A stretch of 64,000 bases of DNA from Veleropilina oligotropha (Eukaryota). The notes beneath the pieces are model-generated. The model worked only from the letters and a program-made list of their open reading frames with translations. It was not told where the DNA came from and made no database searches. Below, piece after piece: positions 36,901-48,900 of the stretch (positions are counted from its first letter, which is position 1; each line of letters starts with the position of its first letter). The position numbers and the translations under genes are program-made. The stretch is taken from contig JBEUKZ010000100.1 in the NCBI GenBank assembly GCA_048128005.1, positions 434,001 to 498,000 of the forward strand. The letters are read 5' to 3'.

Positions 36901-39900
36901 GCCTGTGAGTTGGACGTTGGTTGCAATTACATAACACCATTTAACTAAAAATAATAATAAAATAAATGGTTGTTTGGCAACTTTGTTTTACCACCACCAC
37001 TTTTGGCCATTTTTCAGGCGTATTGCAGTCGGGACACCCGAAGCTAGGACACACTGACAGGCATATAGCAGTCGGGACACCCGAAGTTAGGACACACTGA
37101 CAGGCGTATAGCAGTCGGGACACCCGAAGTTAGGACACACTGACAGGCGTATAGCAGTCGGGACACCAGAAGTTAGGACAGGCGTATTGCAGTCAGGACA
37201 CCCGAAGTTAGGACACACTGACAGGCGTATTGCAGTCAGGACACCCGAAGTTAGAACACACTGAGAGGCGTAGAGCAGTCGGGACACCCGAAGTTAGGAC
37301 ACACTGACAGGCGTATAGCAGTCGGGACACCCGAAGTTAGGACACACTGACAGGCGTATAGCAGTCGGGACACCCGAAGTTAGGACACACTGACAGGCGT
37401 ATTGCAGTCGGGACACCAGAAGTTAGAACACACTGACAGGCGTATTGCAGTCGGGACACCCGGAGTTAGGACACACTGACAGGCTTATGGCAGTCAGGAC
37501 ACCCAGAGTTAGGATACACTGACAGGCATATAGCAGTCGGGACACCCGAAGTTAGGACACACTGACAGGCGTATTGCAGTCGGAACACCCGAAGTTAGGA
37601 CACACTGACAGGCATATAGCAGTCGGGACACCCAGAGTTAGGACACAATGACAGGCATATAGCAGTCGGGACACCTGAAGTTAGGACACACTGACAGGCT
37701 TATAGCAGTCAGGACACACTGACAGGTGTATTGCAGTCGGGACACCAGAAGTTAGGACACACTGACATGCGTATTGCAGTCGGGACACCCGAAGTTAGGA
37801 CACACTGACAGGCGTATAGCAGTCGGGACACCCGAAGTTAGGACACACTGACAGGTGTATTGCATTCGGGACACCCAGAGTTAGGACACACTGACAGGCG
37901 TATCGCAGTCGGGACACCCGAAGTTAGGACACACTGACAGGTGTATTGCAGTCGGGACACCCGGAGTTAGGACACACTGACAGGCTATTGCAGTCAGGAC
38001 ACCCATTGTTAGAACACACTGAGAGGCGTAGAGCAGTCGGGACACCCGAAGTTAGGACACACTGACAGGCATACAACAGTCGGGACACCCGGAGTTAGGA
38101 CACACTGACAGGCGTATAGCAGTCGGGACACCCAAAGTTAGGACACACTGACAGGCATATAGCAGTCGGGACACCCGAAGTTAGGACACACTGACAGGCG
38201 TATTGCAGTCAGGACACCCGAAGTTAGGACACAGGTAAAGAAATTCCTCTTTATGCAGCCGACATAGACAAGATTGTGAATATATAATACTTATATATAT
38301 ATAAGTTATACATATATGTTATAATAATCACCTCCTGTTTCTGGGCCTTATTGCGGTAAAATACCAATTCTCCTTCTTGAAGAATGGTGTAGTAACTGTA
38401 ATGGACATTAACATAATATTTTAAGCAGATATAAGTCAATTAACAATGCAAACAAACTACTAGTTTCTATAACTATGTAAGCAGCATCTGTGGCCAATAT
38501 TACATAAATAAAGTTGTTTATGCCTATCAAAGAAACTACCAATGCTGGAGGACGTCATATAAATAGCAATGCTGGAGGACGTCATATAGCAATGCTGGAG
38601 GACATCATATAGCAATGCTGGAGGACATCATATAGCAATGCTGGGGGACATCATATAGCAATGCTGGAGGACGTCATATAGCAATGCTGGAGGACATCAT
38701 ATAGCAATGCTGGAGGACATCATATAGCAATGCTGGAGGACGTCATATAGCAATGCTGGAGGACGTCATATAGCAATGCTGGGGGACATCATGTAGCAAT
38801 GCTGGGGGACATCATATAGCAATGCTGGAGGACATCATATAGCAATGCTGGAGGACGTCATATAGCAATGCTGGAGGACATCATATAGCAATGCTGGAGG
38901 ACATCATATAGCAATGCTGGGGGACATCATATAGCAATGCTGGAGGACGTCATATAGCAATGCTGGAGGACGTCATATAGCAATGCTGGAGGACGTCATA
39001 TAGCAATGCTGGAGGACATATAGCAATGCTGGAGGACATCATATAGCAATGCTGGAGGACGTCATATAGCAATGCTGGAGGACATCATATAGCAATGCAG
39101 GAGGACGTCATATAGCAATGCTGGAGGACATCATATAGCAATGCTGGAGGACATCATATAGCAATGCTGGGGGACATCATATAGCAATGCTGGAGGACGT
39201 CATATAGCAATGCGCATGCAATATCTGGAATGCCAACTGAATTGACTTGTCATTAATTAATAAGCTAAAATGCGGATAACTCCATCTGCCGATGCAGTTA
39301 TCGCTCTCCATTCAAAATGATCTCCTCAACAACAACACGTACTGTCATGCCATTCATAGACCATGCATATTCGACGCACATAAAATTAATTGATTTCGTA
39401 CTGGATAAAACCTACTCAGGTAAATACAATTACCAAAAATGTTATGCAGATTTACAACCTGCAATCTCCTATGCATAAATGGTGACAATTGTCAACTTAT
39501 TACATCTAGTCCAGTCAATCTAGGACAAAAAATGGCCTAACCTAGAACTAATTGCAACAGAATTTATTTTGAGTTTTATTTGTACGTAAATATGTAGAAA
39601 ATAACATATCAAAAGTCTAGGAAATCTAAATAGGGGAAAGTCTTCAAAATCACGTTATGCTTAACCCTATGCCCTGAATTTCATTCCGTTTTGATTTCCT
39701 TATGTATACTCATTATCTTATGTCAAAGTTACCATTTAAACACAATGTAGTGTTAAGTATGGTACCAATGGGAAAATTAGACAATCATGATAATTTAATA
39801 TCTATTTTGTTATTCTTTATTGCAGACAACCTTATGAAAAGTGAGAAACTGTACCCCTTCCCCCTAAAAAATACCCCAAATTACAAAAAATATGTTCAAC

Positions 39901-42900
39901 TTTTCACAATATTGGGAAATTTGCATATTGTATACAAGCAATTTCTTTTGCATAACAACCAGGTATGTATTTAAAATAATATCACAGAAGTACAGGACAA
40001 GCAGAGTTAATAAAGCTTTTCCTTTATGACATGAATTTAGAATTAATTAATTTTTTTATTTCCCCGAGGATTCCTTGTTAATGTTCTATGATATAAATAT
40101 ACTGATCATGTACAATGAAAAACGTAGACACTTGTGATCCTTTTGTATTCCATTTAGATGTATTTTATTGAAGATAATCATCGTAAAAGTGAGAAAATGT
40201 ACCCTTACCCCGTCAAAAAACCACCATAATGGAGAATAATTATCTTAATTTTTTTATAAAATTTGGAAATTTGCATATTGTATACGAAAAGTTTCTTTTG
40301 CATAACAACCAGATGTGTATAGTTATGGAAAGCCTCTACATTTACCATTTATTTTATTCTATGCCAGGAATGTCTAGCTGATTAATTATTTTTTTTTTAA
40401 ATATCGCTATTAGAGTTCTATATGTAAACACAGTGTGCAGTTATATAGTACCAGCAAAATACATTCATCATCAGTCTCATTATGTGCTGATTGCATGCTA
40501 TATGTAATAGATGTAAGCCGAAAGATTCATTTCATCTACATAGTTTGGTGGACAGTTGAACGTGTACACATCGACAGCGTCATTGATGCCCATTGTCAAC
40601 ATTGGATCGCGTCATTGTTCCATTGTAAACATATTGGCCTCCACCGTTCAAAGTGATCCATTCTTAAAAATAATGGACTCGCAAGACAATAGGACGACGT
40701 CGCAACAATGGTGAGTTATTATACACATACCTTCCTTATAATATGCCTCTGATTTGGATATAATATTCAAGTTTGTTCCATTGTTCTGGCTTCTGTTGTA
40801 AATTAACATGTTTTATTTGTGAGGCATCTTATTTCTCATATGTTTCATATAGATACAAATGGCACAATGCGTATACTTTCGAACACGAGTAACAGAAGTA
40901 ATGTTTTGAATACTTTCATCATTCGATACATTCACTGCAACATGTTCCATGTTTCCTACAGCTGCCTCGCAATTGGTTTTACAGTTACACCGAATCACTT
41001 TCAACAGAAGTTCATGTGTCGGTGTTAATTGTGTCGTCACAGGAGGATTTCTGTTCTGTTCGATGCACTAGACACATTCCGAAGGCATTCCTATGCTGAT
41101 AAAATTACTACTGAACCTGCAGGTAGACCCGCAGCAGACTGATCTCAACATAGTGTGTGTTCAGGTCATCCGTGCGTTCGCTAATGTACATACCTACTAT
41201 GGTGCTCTCCCCAGCTGGCACTCCCTCCCCCCCCCCCCCATGTGACAGCATTCTCAAACGCACACTGCCCATATGCAAGCAAGCTTCGCTTCTCACCTTT
41301 TTCAGTGGATCCCCTTTTGCAATCCTAATCATCCGTGAGGTTGTATCGCATTGTATGATGGCATGTGCGAATGACTCCTCTTCTTTGTTCCCGATTGGAC
41401 ATACTGAAAAAAGTTTCTTTGCTTTCTGGTGAAGGCAGATCGGTATCAACAGCAACAAAACATCCGTGCCCTCGGTGATAAGCATGAGCGATGGATCACG
41501 GACGTTGCCAACAGCGATCAGCACATCCACATCACCTATCGGTTTTCCTGAAGTTTCTCGTTCACCATATTCAGAAAGTACTCCACCTGCTCCTCCTGTT
41601 CGTCGCATGCGAGTTGTGTCCTTTGTAGGTGGACCAGATTGGCATCCGTCATAACTGTAAGGCGGTGGTACTGGCGACGTCTTTGATGTGATTTTGGCAA
41701 ATTCCGGAGAATACTGATCCTCTTGTACTAGGTATGCGATTGAGTAGCGACCTGATATCGAGTACAACGCGTACTTCATCATAGGGAGATACCGGCGACG
41801 AACTATCTCCAGGCCATATCGCATCTGCGAGTGCGAGTGCTGCCTTCTGCGCTGGTCGAGGAAGTCCTGATGACGGATAAATACTGACCTCGTAACGAAA
41901 ATGACCAATCAATCAGACTAACACACTTTGAAACAACACTTATGAGTCGACAATGACGGTTTCACCTTTTACTTTGACAATTCTTTTGGTATTGAGGTAA
42001 CGTCCTGGGCACCTCGTTTGAACACATGATCTGTAGCAATCGTACATTCCATGGATTGTATAATGGTCGTCCCAATTTCATGAACCTTGTCCACATACAC
42101 ATTTTCATTGGAAGATTTTCCGGTCACAATGTGTGCGTAATTATGCTTCCTCTGGGTATAGATTTCGTTCCACAATGAAGTTGAAGAATGTCTTAGTATC
42201 TTTCCGATCCTGTGCCAGTCTTGTCTTTCCACTCTCGTTGTGCTGCTCGCTTGTGATATATGCGACATCCGTCAACTGAAGGAATTCATGCACAGTGTTG
42301 TTCATATCCCCAGTCGCTTTCACGTGCCTCATTAGAACCTGTTCAATGACAAGACCGGTGGAAAATCATGCCGAGAACCGAGTACGTATGACATGAGGTC
42401 ATGTTTTGAAGGCCTTGTAGATGATGAGATGGCCATGCTCTTGAGTCTGAACGCTTTGCAAGTACATATAAGCCGACTTGGTGTACAAATATTGCATTCA
42501 CAATGCGACTGTGCGACAATTCCGCATACATGCTTTATGGGCTTCGATTATTCGTTAATCGTGTTTAGTACATCCTCCTCACAGGACTGGTAAGGGCGAA
42601 GGGACACCGAATGCATTTGTCAATATAGTGGCATTCAATGCAGGATCTTCTAGGAAATGTGACTGACTGCTCCAGGGCTCGATTTAGCATTTTAAATCCA
42701 GGAGCCCCATAAGAGAATATCATGTTTATTACATATTCAGATTCATCTAAATCCTATGAAATGCTTACAAATTTATAGGAGCCAGAAGGACTACCTCACA
42801 ATATAATCTAGGAGCCCCATGTCATTTCTAGTAGCCTCGGGCTCCAGGACTACCATATAAATCGAGCCCTGTGCTCTGTATACAGCTAATGTGTAAGCAG

Positions 42901-45900
42901 TTCATGTAGGTGTGACCCACGTATCAGACGGCCAATACATCCAATAAATCTCATTACCATGTGGAATCCACCGAGACTCAGACACTGTATAATAATCGAC
43001 TGTATGATACTGGAAGAGTATTCCTGAGTGATGATCATCAAAGCCTTCCAATAGAGATGATGATCGAAGGTCAAGATGGGATGAGCATGCTTATCTTGGG
43101 CTACTGTCTCACGAATGTCAAAGTCGAGTAGATACATGGTACATCATTGGGTCCATGTCGGTCATTAAATGAAACAACAATTTTCCTGGGAAATCACCAC
43201 ATTCCACTGTGTGCATCATTGCGGACCAATTATTGTGCGATTGCAGCAGTATTGCAATTTTTCTCGAATTTATGCCTGTGTCACAAATCCATGGTATTCG
43301 GATACAGCACCTGTACGATGTGCATTTGAAGATGTCGGCGACACTGCAGACATCGATGATTTTTTCGACTGTATTTTGGGCATCGTAGGGTAATCGGCAA
43401 CTTTTTACGCGGATTTATAATTTTTAGAAGATCGTGCGATTTTCAAAATCAGGAAATCATCGCAGGCATATCGTAAGGATACCTTCCGGTTACCTTACTC
43501 AGGGGTCGAAATTAACGGTGGCCCGGTGACCGGAGGCTACCAAATTTGTGATCGGGAAACTAAAAAATTACTGTCGGTGTCCCGATGGATCACCAGTGCT
43601 GCTCGCTTGAATTTGCCGGAGTCAAAAGTTGCGCGCCAATAAACGATATGATAAATCAATAAATATACTTATAAAATCGTGTTTCTTTTCATATTAAATA
43701 CTTTTAATACAGCTCATAACGTACGCGGCGTCGCAGCATGCTTCAATTGTTTCGCTTTCGACTGGTTCATGCTCTCGCAGCGAGTGACTTGAATACACCC
43801 TGGCTATTTCCGTGCAATGCCGAGAAGTAGTATTCGGAAGCATTTGGTATTTCCTATCATAGCTTTTCAACATCGTTCTTATCGTCGGTCATTTTCGCTA
43901 TATTCCGGTTACAGTGCTATTCGTATGAGGCTCGTATTTGGCGACTTTCCCTTTTACAGCGCTGATATTTTAACAATATATAGAGATTAAAAGATATAGA
44001 GATTTAAACTCGATAAAATAACAGTTTTTGCAACTAAAGTAACTTGTATATGAAATTATATTAAGTTTAATAGGATATACGCAAATAATACGGTTCGTTC
44101 GGCAAGTAGCATCACATTTCTATATCAAGGGAGATAATTTAGTGTGACTACTACAATAACTAATTACCTACGAAATGGAATTAAATTATTTTTTGAATGG
44201 TGAAAGCCGATGAATTCTGAAATTAGACTTGTGTGAAATTTCGGTTTCAAATTATCAAGCATAAAATGTAAGACTATACCAAAATCCATCAAAGTGGTCT
44301 TGTTGCAACCTGTTAAACAGCTCTATGTGCATGGCTAACAATTTAATATCAAGGAAATGTGTAAAATAAGTACATACAAAATAGATTATTTATTATATAA
44401 TTTAATGGTGAACAACTTGGCTGCAAATTCTAAAAAAACCTGGATGTGATACAAATTTATAACATGACAGTCAGTCATCAAGCCATTCTCAGTGTGATGG
44501 CTCACACTTAACTGTGACAGCTAGCATTATAATGAAAATCACCTTTACCAATGAAAGTAGCTTTTTTGACAAAGCGCCAATCCAATGCTTCATTTACCAC
44601 AGTCAATGGCTCTCCTCACTATTTTATGACCACCAAAACTTGTGTCGGGCTACCAAATTTCTGGACCTGGTTGCCCTGGGGACCACCAGTCAAAAAAGTT
44701 AATTTCTACCCCTGTTACTCCTTGAGAGATCGTATGAAGGCATCCGTAGGGCATCCGCACGGCATCCGTAGGGCATCCACACGGCATCCGTAGGGCATCC
44801 ACACGGAATCCACATGGCATCCGTAGGGCATCCACACGGCATCCGTAGGGCATCCACACGGCATCCATAAGGCATCCACACGGTATCCGTAGGGCATCCA
44901 CACGGCATCCGTAGGGCATCCACACGGCATCCGTAGGGCATCCACACAGCATCTTTTCGATGTCGAGACAAAATGCGGACGTCGTAAGGTAACCTTGCGG
45001 GGGGATCGCACTGTGACCTTACGGAAATCTTCATGTCACCTTACGGCCGCTTTGGCAGCGCAGTGGGTAAGAGTGTCAACTCTAAATTCACTGGCTTGAT
45101 TCCGCTAATGCGAACAGTAGTGGGTTCAATACCTGGCTGAGGCATTGACATTTGTTCAAGTTATGAATCACAGTTGTCCGCGACTGGCCGAAGATGGCGG
45201 GTTTACCCAGGCGACCGGGGTTTCCTCCCGCGATAACACGGACATGTCCTGCCTTGAACCTTGATGATGTAAATATACAGGACATTAAGCATCATTCCTC
45301 CTCATGTCAACTTACGTGTCCACTCGTATCTACCATAGCCTATCTAATGTGATCATTGCACAGATTGTTGCCAGAAACCTACGATTCTTCCCGATATTGG
45401 AGAAGCTGAGACTCCGTACGATTCCCCCCCCCCCCCCCCCCTATCGTACGGCGACCGGTGTATTAGTGACATAGGCATAACTCAAGTGCCTTCATTTCTT
45501 TCCTTTCTTGTACAATACAAGTTTGTATTCTATTCATTGTATTAAATTATTATATTCTTAATTATGTATACATGTACAATACATGAAGAGAAAAATAAAA
45601 TACTTACTTGGCATGTTATATTACTACCTATGTTTTTATTTGGCAACTATGGGTTTCTTTAGTTTTGTTACTGCACCGTACTTATACTAGCTATTGAAAC
45701 AAAGATTTGAATAAAATAATCTTTCTTAATTAACAAAATTATAGCACACAGTCAGATTAACATTTCTAACTAATAACAGCACTTAAAAGTTATGATATTT
45801 GATATATTATATTTTTAATTTGAAGTAATGAAACATTCATACGAAACCGGCGATAGCAGACAGGCATACGTCATGTGCGTGGTTCTAATGTAACACACAA

Positions 45901-48900
45901 ATAGCCAAAACGCATTTTTTATTTCATGTCAAGTACCATTTATGTAATAAATTCATATTGCCACTATTTCAGTATTTGTCATCAAAAATAGTGATATATC
46001 ATTTGCTCAGCCAAGTGACTAAACGTAAACAAAGTTGGTCGCCTTTCCGATGGTCAAGAATTGCCTCCCTTTGCGATTACGGTGGCCATTACGCGATTTC
46101 AACACATTTTTACACATTTTTAATTGCAAAATTACATATGCTTATTTTATATGTATTCTGATTGTATTACAACAGGAATGGTTTCTGTTGCAATTAGTTC
46201 TAGGTCAAACCGTAGATTGACTGGACTAATCATCTTTCGTTAGATTTTGCTGTGTCTGCTTTATCTTGTTCCGACGTATTCGATACTTACGTATTATCAA
46301 ATGTCTTGATATGGGTCCCAGGTATCCCTTCACAGGCTGTATTATTATCGTCTTCTAAAACTTGAACCTGTATCGTGAGAATAAATATGTTGGGTTAGAT
46401 GGCATGCATTAAAGTGGTAAAATTCACTTCTGGTAAACATAAAGTATCACTTTTTGCATACTCAGTATTATATGAGTCATATTATATGAGTGCTTTTGAA
46501 ATAATATTCTAATTTCGGTTTGATTGTATAAAATAAGTTTTATTTAAAGAAGGTACCTTAATTAGTACAAGCTATTCTTCATTGAGGCCCTCTCCACTCT
46601 ACTTCAATAACACATTGACAACATATAAATAACAGATGAGTTAACAAAAAATATATATGTTTTCCACTCATGAATCACTGATCGTGCAGAATAACGAGAA
46701 TGCAATCTGAACCAGATGGCATCAAGCAAAGGGCTTGTCTAATATAATTCTCGCAAGTCTTTTTACAGCCTTTGAAGTCTGTCCAAATTATTTTTCACAC
46801 ACACTCGTGGTTGAAATAAAGGCTAATGCATAAGCACTCAGTAATGTGTCAACACACTAAAGTTGGAAACTTATTCAGAAACTATACGTCTATTATGACA
46901 CACTGAACAGACGCAAATATATAATGTTCTGACTGATGAAAAGAACATGGTTTAACGGCAAAAGTGCAAAAAGTTAACTTTACATCAACTAATCTTCATT
47001 GTTTTATCAATTTATGTATTAAAATTAAAGTGCATAGCAACTGCAACATGATATTATTAATAATTCAAACCCACTAATGTTTGTGTCGTTGGAGCCAAAC
47101 CAGTGATTTTTCGGAGACCGAAAACACACGACTGTTGGAACGTTACGGCTTTGTCTTGTATGGAGACACTGCGACACCCGTGACTCTTTGCACTTGCTTT
47201 TCTCTCGTTGAATACGACCAGGCAAAATAGAAAAAATTGAGGACAGCCTATATAGACATAGACAACATTCAATACTTAGATAGGTGGTCCTTGACATTTG
47301 CATAGGTGTATATACTGTAATACAAATCCATATCCATATTATTGGAGACAAAAAATTTGAAAAAGATTCTATACTCTTTTCTCATGTTTGATTTTGATGC
47401 AACTCAGGCCGCAATTAAGGAATTCATGACATAAATATATCATGCATTGTCACTTGGGGAACTCTTCACCAAATCCAAGCCTGCATAACTGCCCTTTCAA
47501 ATGACTAAAACAATGGAATCTCACAATCAGCACTCACCGTGATTGTCCTGGCCAGATCTGCGGCGGGATAGGCTCCAATCAGCGGCGTCAGTGTCACCTC
47601 TACTTCTCTGGGATTGTCGAATTTTCCGTCTATCACTGCATTGACCTTTAAGACAGTGTCCCAATTTCCAGTTGATAATCCAGGGGAACATGCGGCACCT
47701 ATATCGTCAGCCGTGAAGGCCAGCTGATTCAAGGTTGGACCGCTTGGACACGTTACATCCTGGCTGCTACTAACAGTGGTTTGAATCCTGACCACACAGT
47801 CGCTCGGCTGACCTACTATCTCACAGAAAATGCTTGGGGGCAGCGAGGCCGAGATAGCGATAACGACGGGTTCTCTGTTTTCTTTGACAAAGAATAATTC
47901 TGACGACACCTGAAAAGTCAACCAATGAAGTCAATACGGCAATAATATTGTCGGTAAATGCAAAATATATCTTTACATTAAAACACTTTTAACAATTAAG
48001 AGCGTCTAAGTTTATAAGCAAAAATAAAATAGGATCTCAAATCTAGATCTGGGTCATAACTAAACAAGAGCTATTGTGTGCATGGACCTTAGAAAAGCAT
48101 TATCTGATACATTTAGATATTACATGGAAGACCTTGATCAATGTACAATATTTGTATTATTTGGCAAGCCTTGTCTAAAACCTGGGACCAAAAAAGGAAA
48201 CAGACATGGTCCAATATGAAGTCGGTTTGAAACAAAAATAAAGAAGGCCAATGTGATAAAATGCAAATTTACAGAAGTACACCATTGAAGGAATATATCA
48301 TAAAAACATAATATGGCAACGATGTTGCGAATTTATAACAAGGATAATCATAATCCTGTCTGATATATGGTACAGGTACATTAAATATATTTACCTGAAT
48401 ACTGGGGGAAAAACTTATGTTCTTCGGATCACCATATTCCAGACAGCTGCTGTTGAAGCAAGCTTTTACGCTGCATACAAACTGAAACAAGATGATGTAA
48501 TATAAACCAACAATGGTCATGATGGCGGGACTTGAACTAGAAGTCTAGACTATTATTCCTTGTGACTGAAACATGATCACGATTAATATTGTGCTCAGTT
48601 CGATTTTTGATGTGAAAAATTTCATTCCAAACAATATGACACTGGTTTAAAAATGGTATAGAATGACGAAAAATATATGAAAACAATGTCATCACTTTTT
48701 ACCAAACCTGTCTGTCATAAATGCTATTATCAATAACATCCTTTAAATTAAGGCTTACCAAGTTGTTGACGAATGCATGAAAATTGAGTTATTGATTAAA
48801 TAATCTCTATTAAAACCCACAAAAAATGAAAGATGTCTTTACAACAACTGTAAACAAGAGTTATCACAGGAGTAGTGATCAATCATATACCCCACAAAAT

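Larger units (their letters stand above)
43273..45477. mobile_element. PIF/Harbinger-like non-autonomous element
   Basis: TIR TGCCT(G/A)TGTCAC with TTA/TAA flanks; internal CGTAGGG-type repeats. Confidence 0.6.
39507..46228 (-). mobile_element. Academ-like (AcademX) DNA transposon relic with nested insertions
   Basis: TIRs TAGTCCAGTCAATCTA...ACCTAGAACTAATTGCAACAGA at both ends; 3-bp TSD ATC; internal decayed transposase, XPG-like and Cys-rich ORF fragments. Confidence 0.8.

Noticed and set aside
45045..45145. Possible tRNA gene
   Set aside because: The A/B boxes are followed by a SINE core, tail and TSD, and no proper cloverleaf forms.
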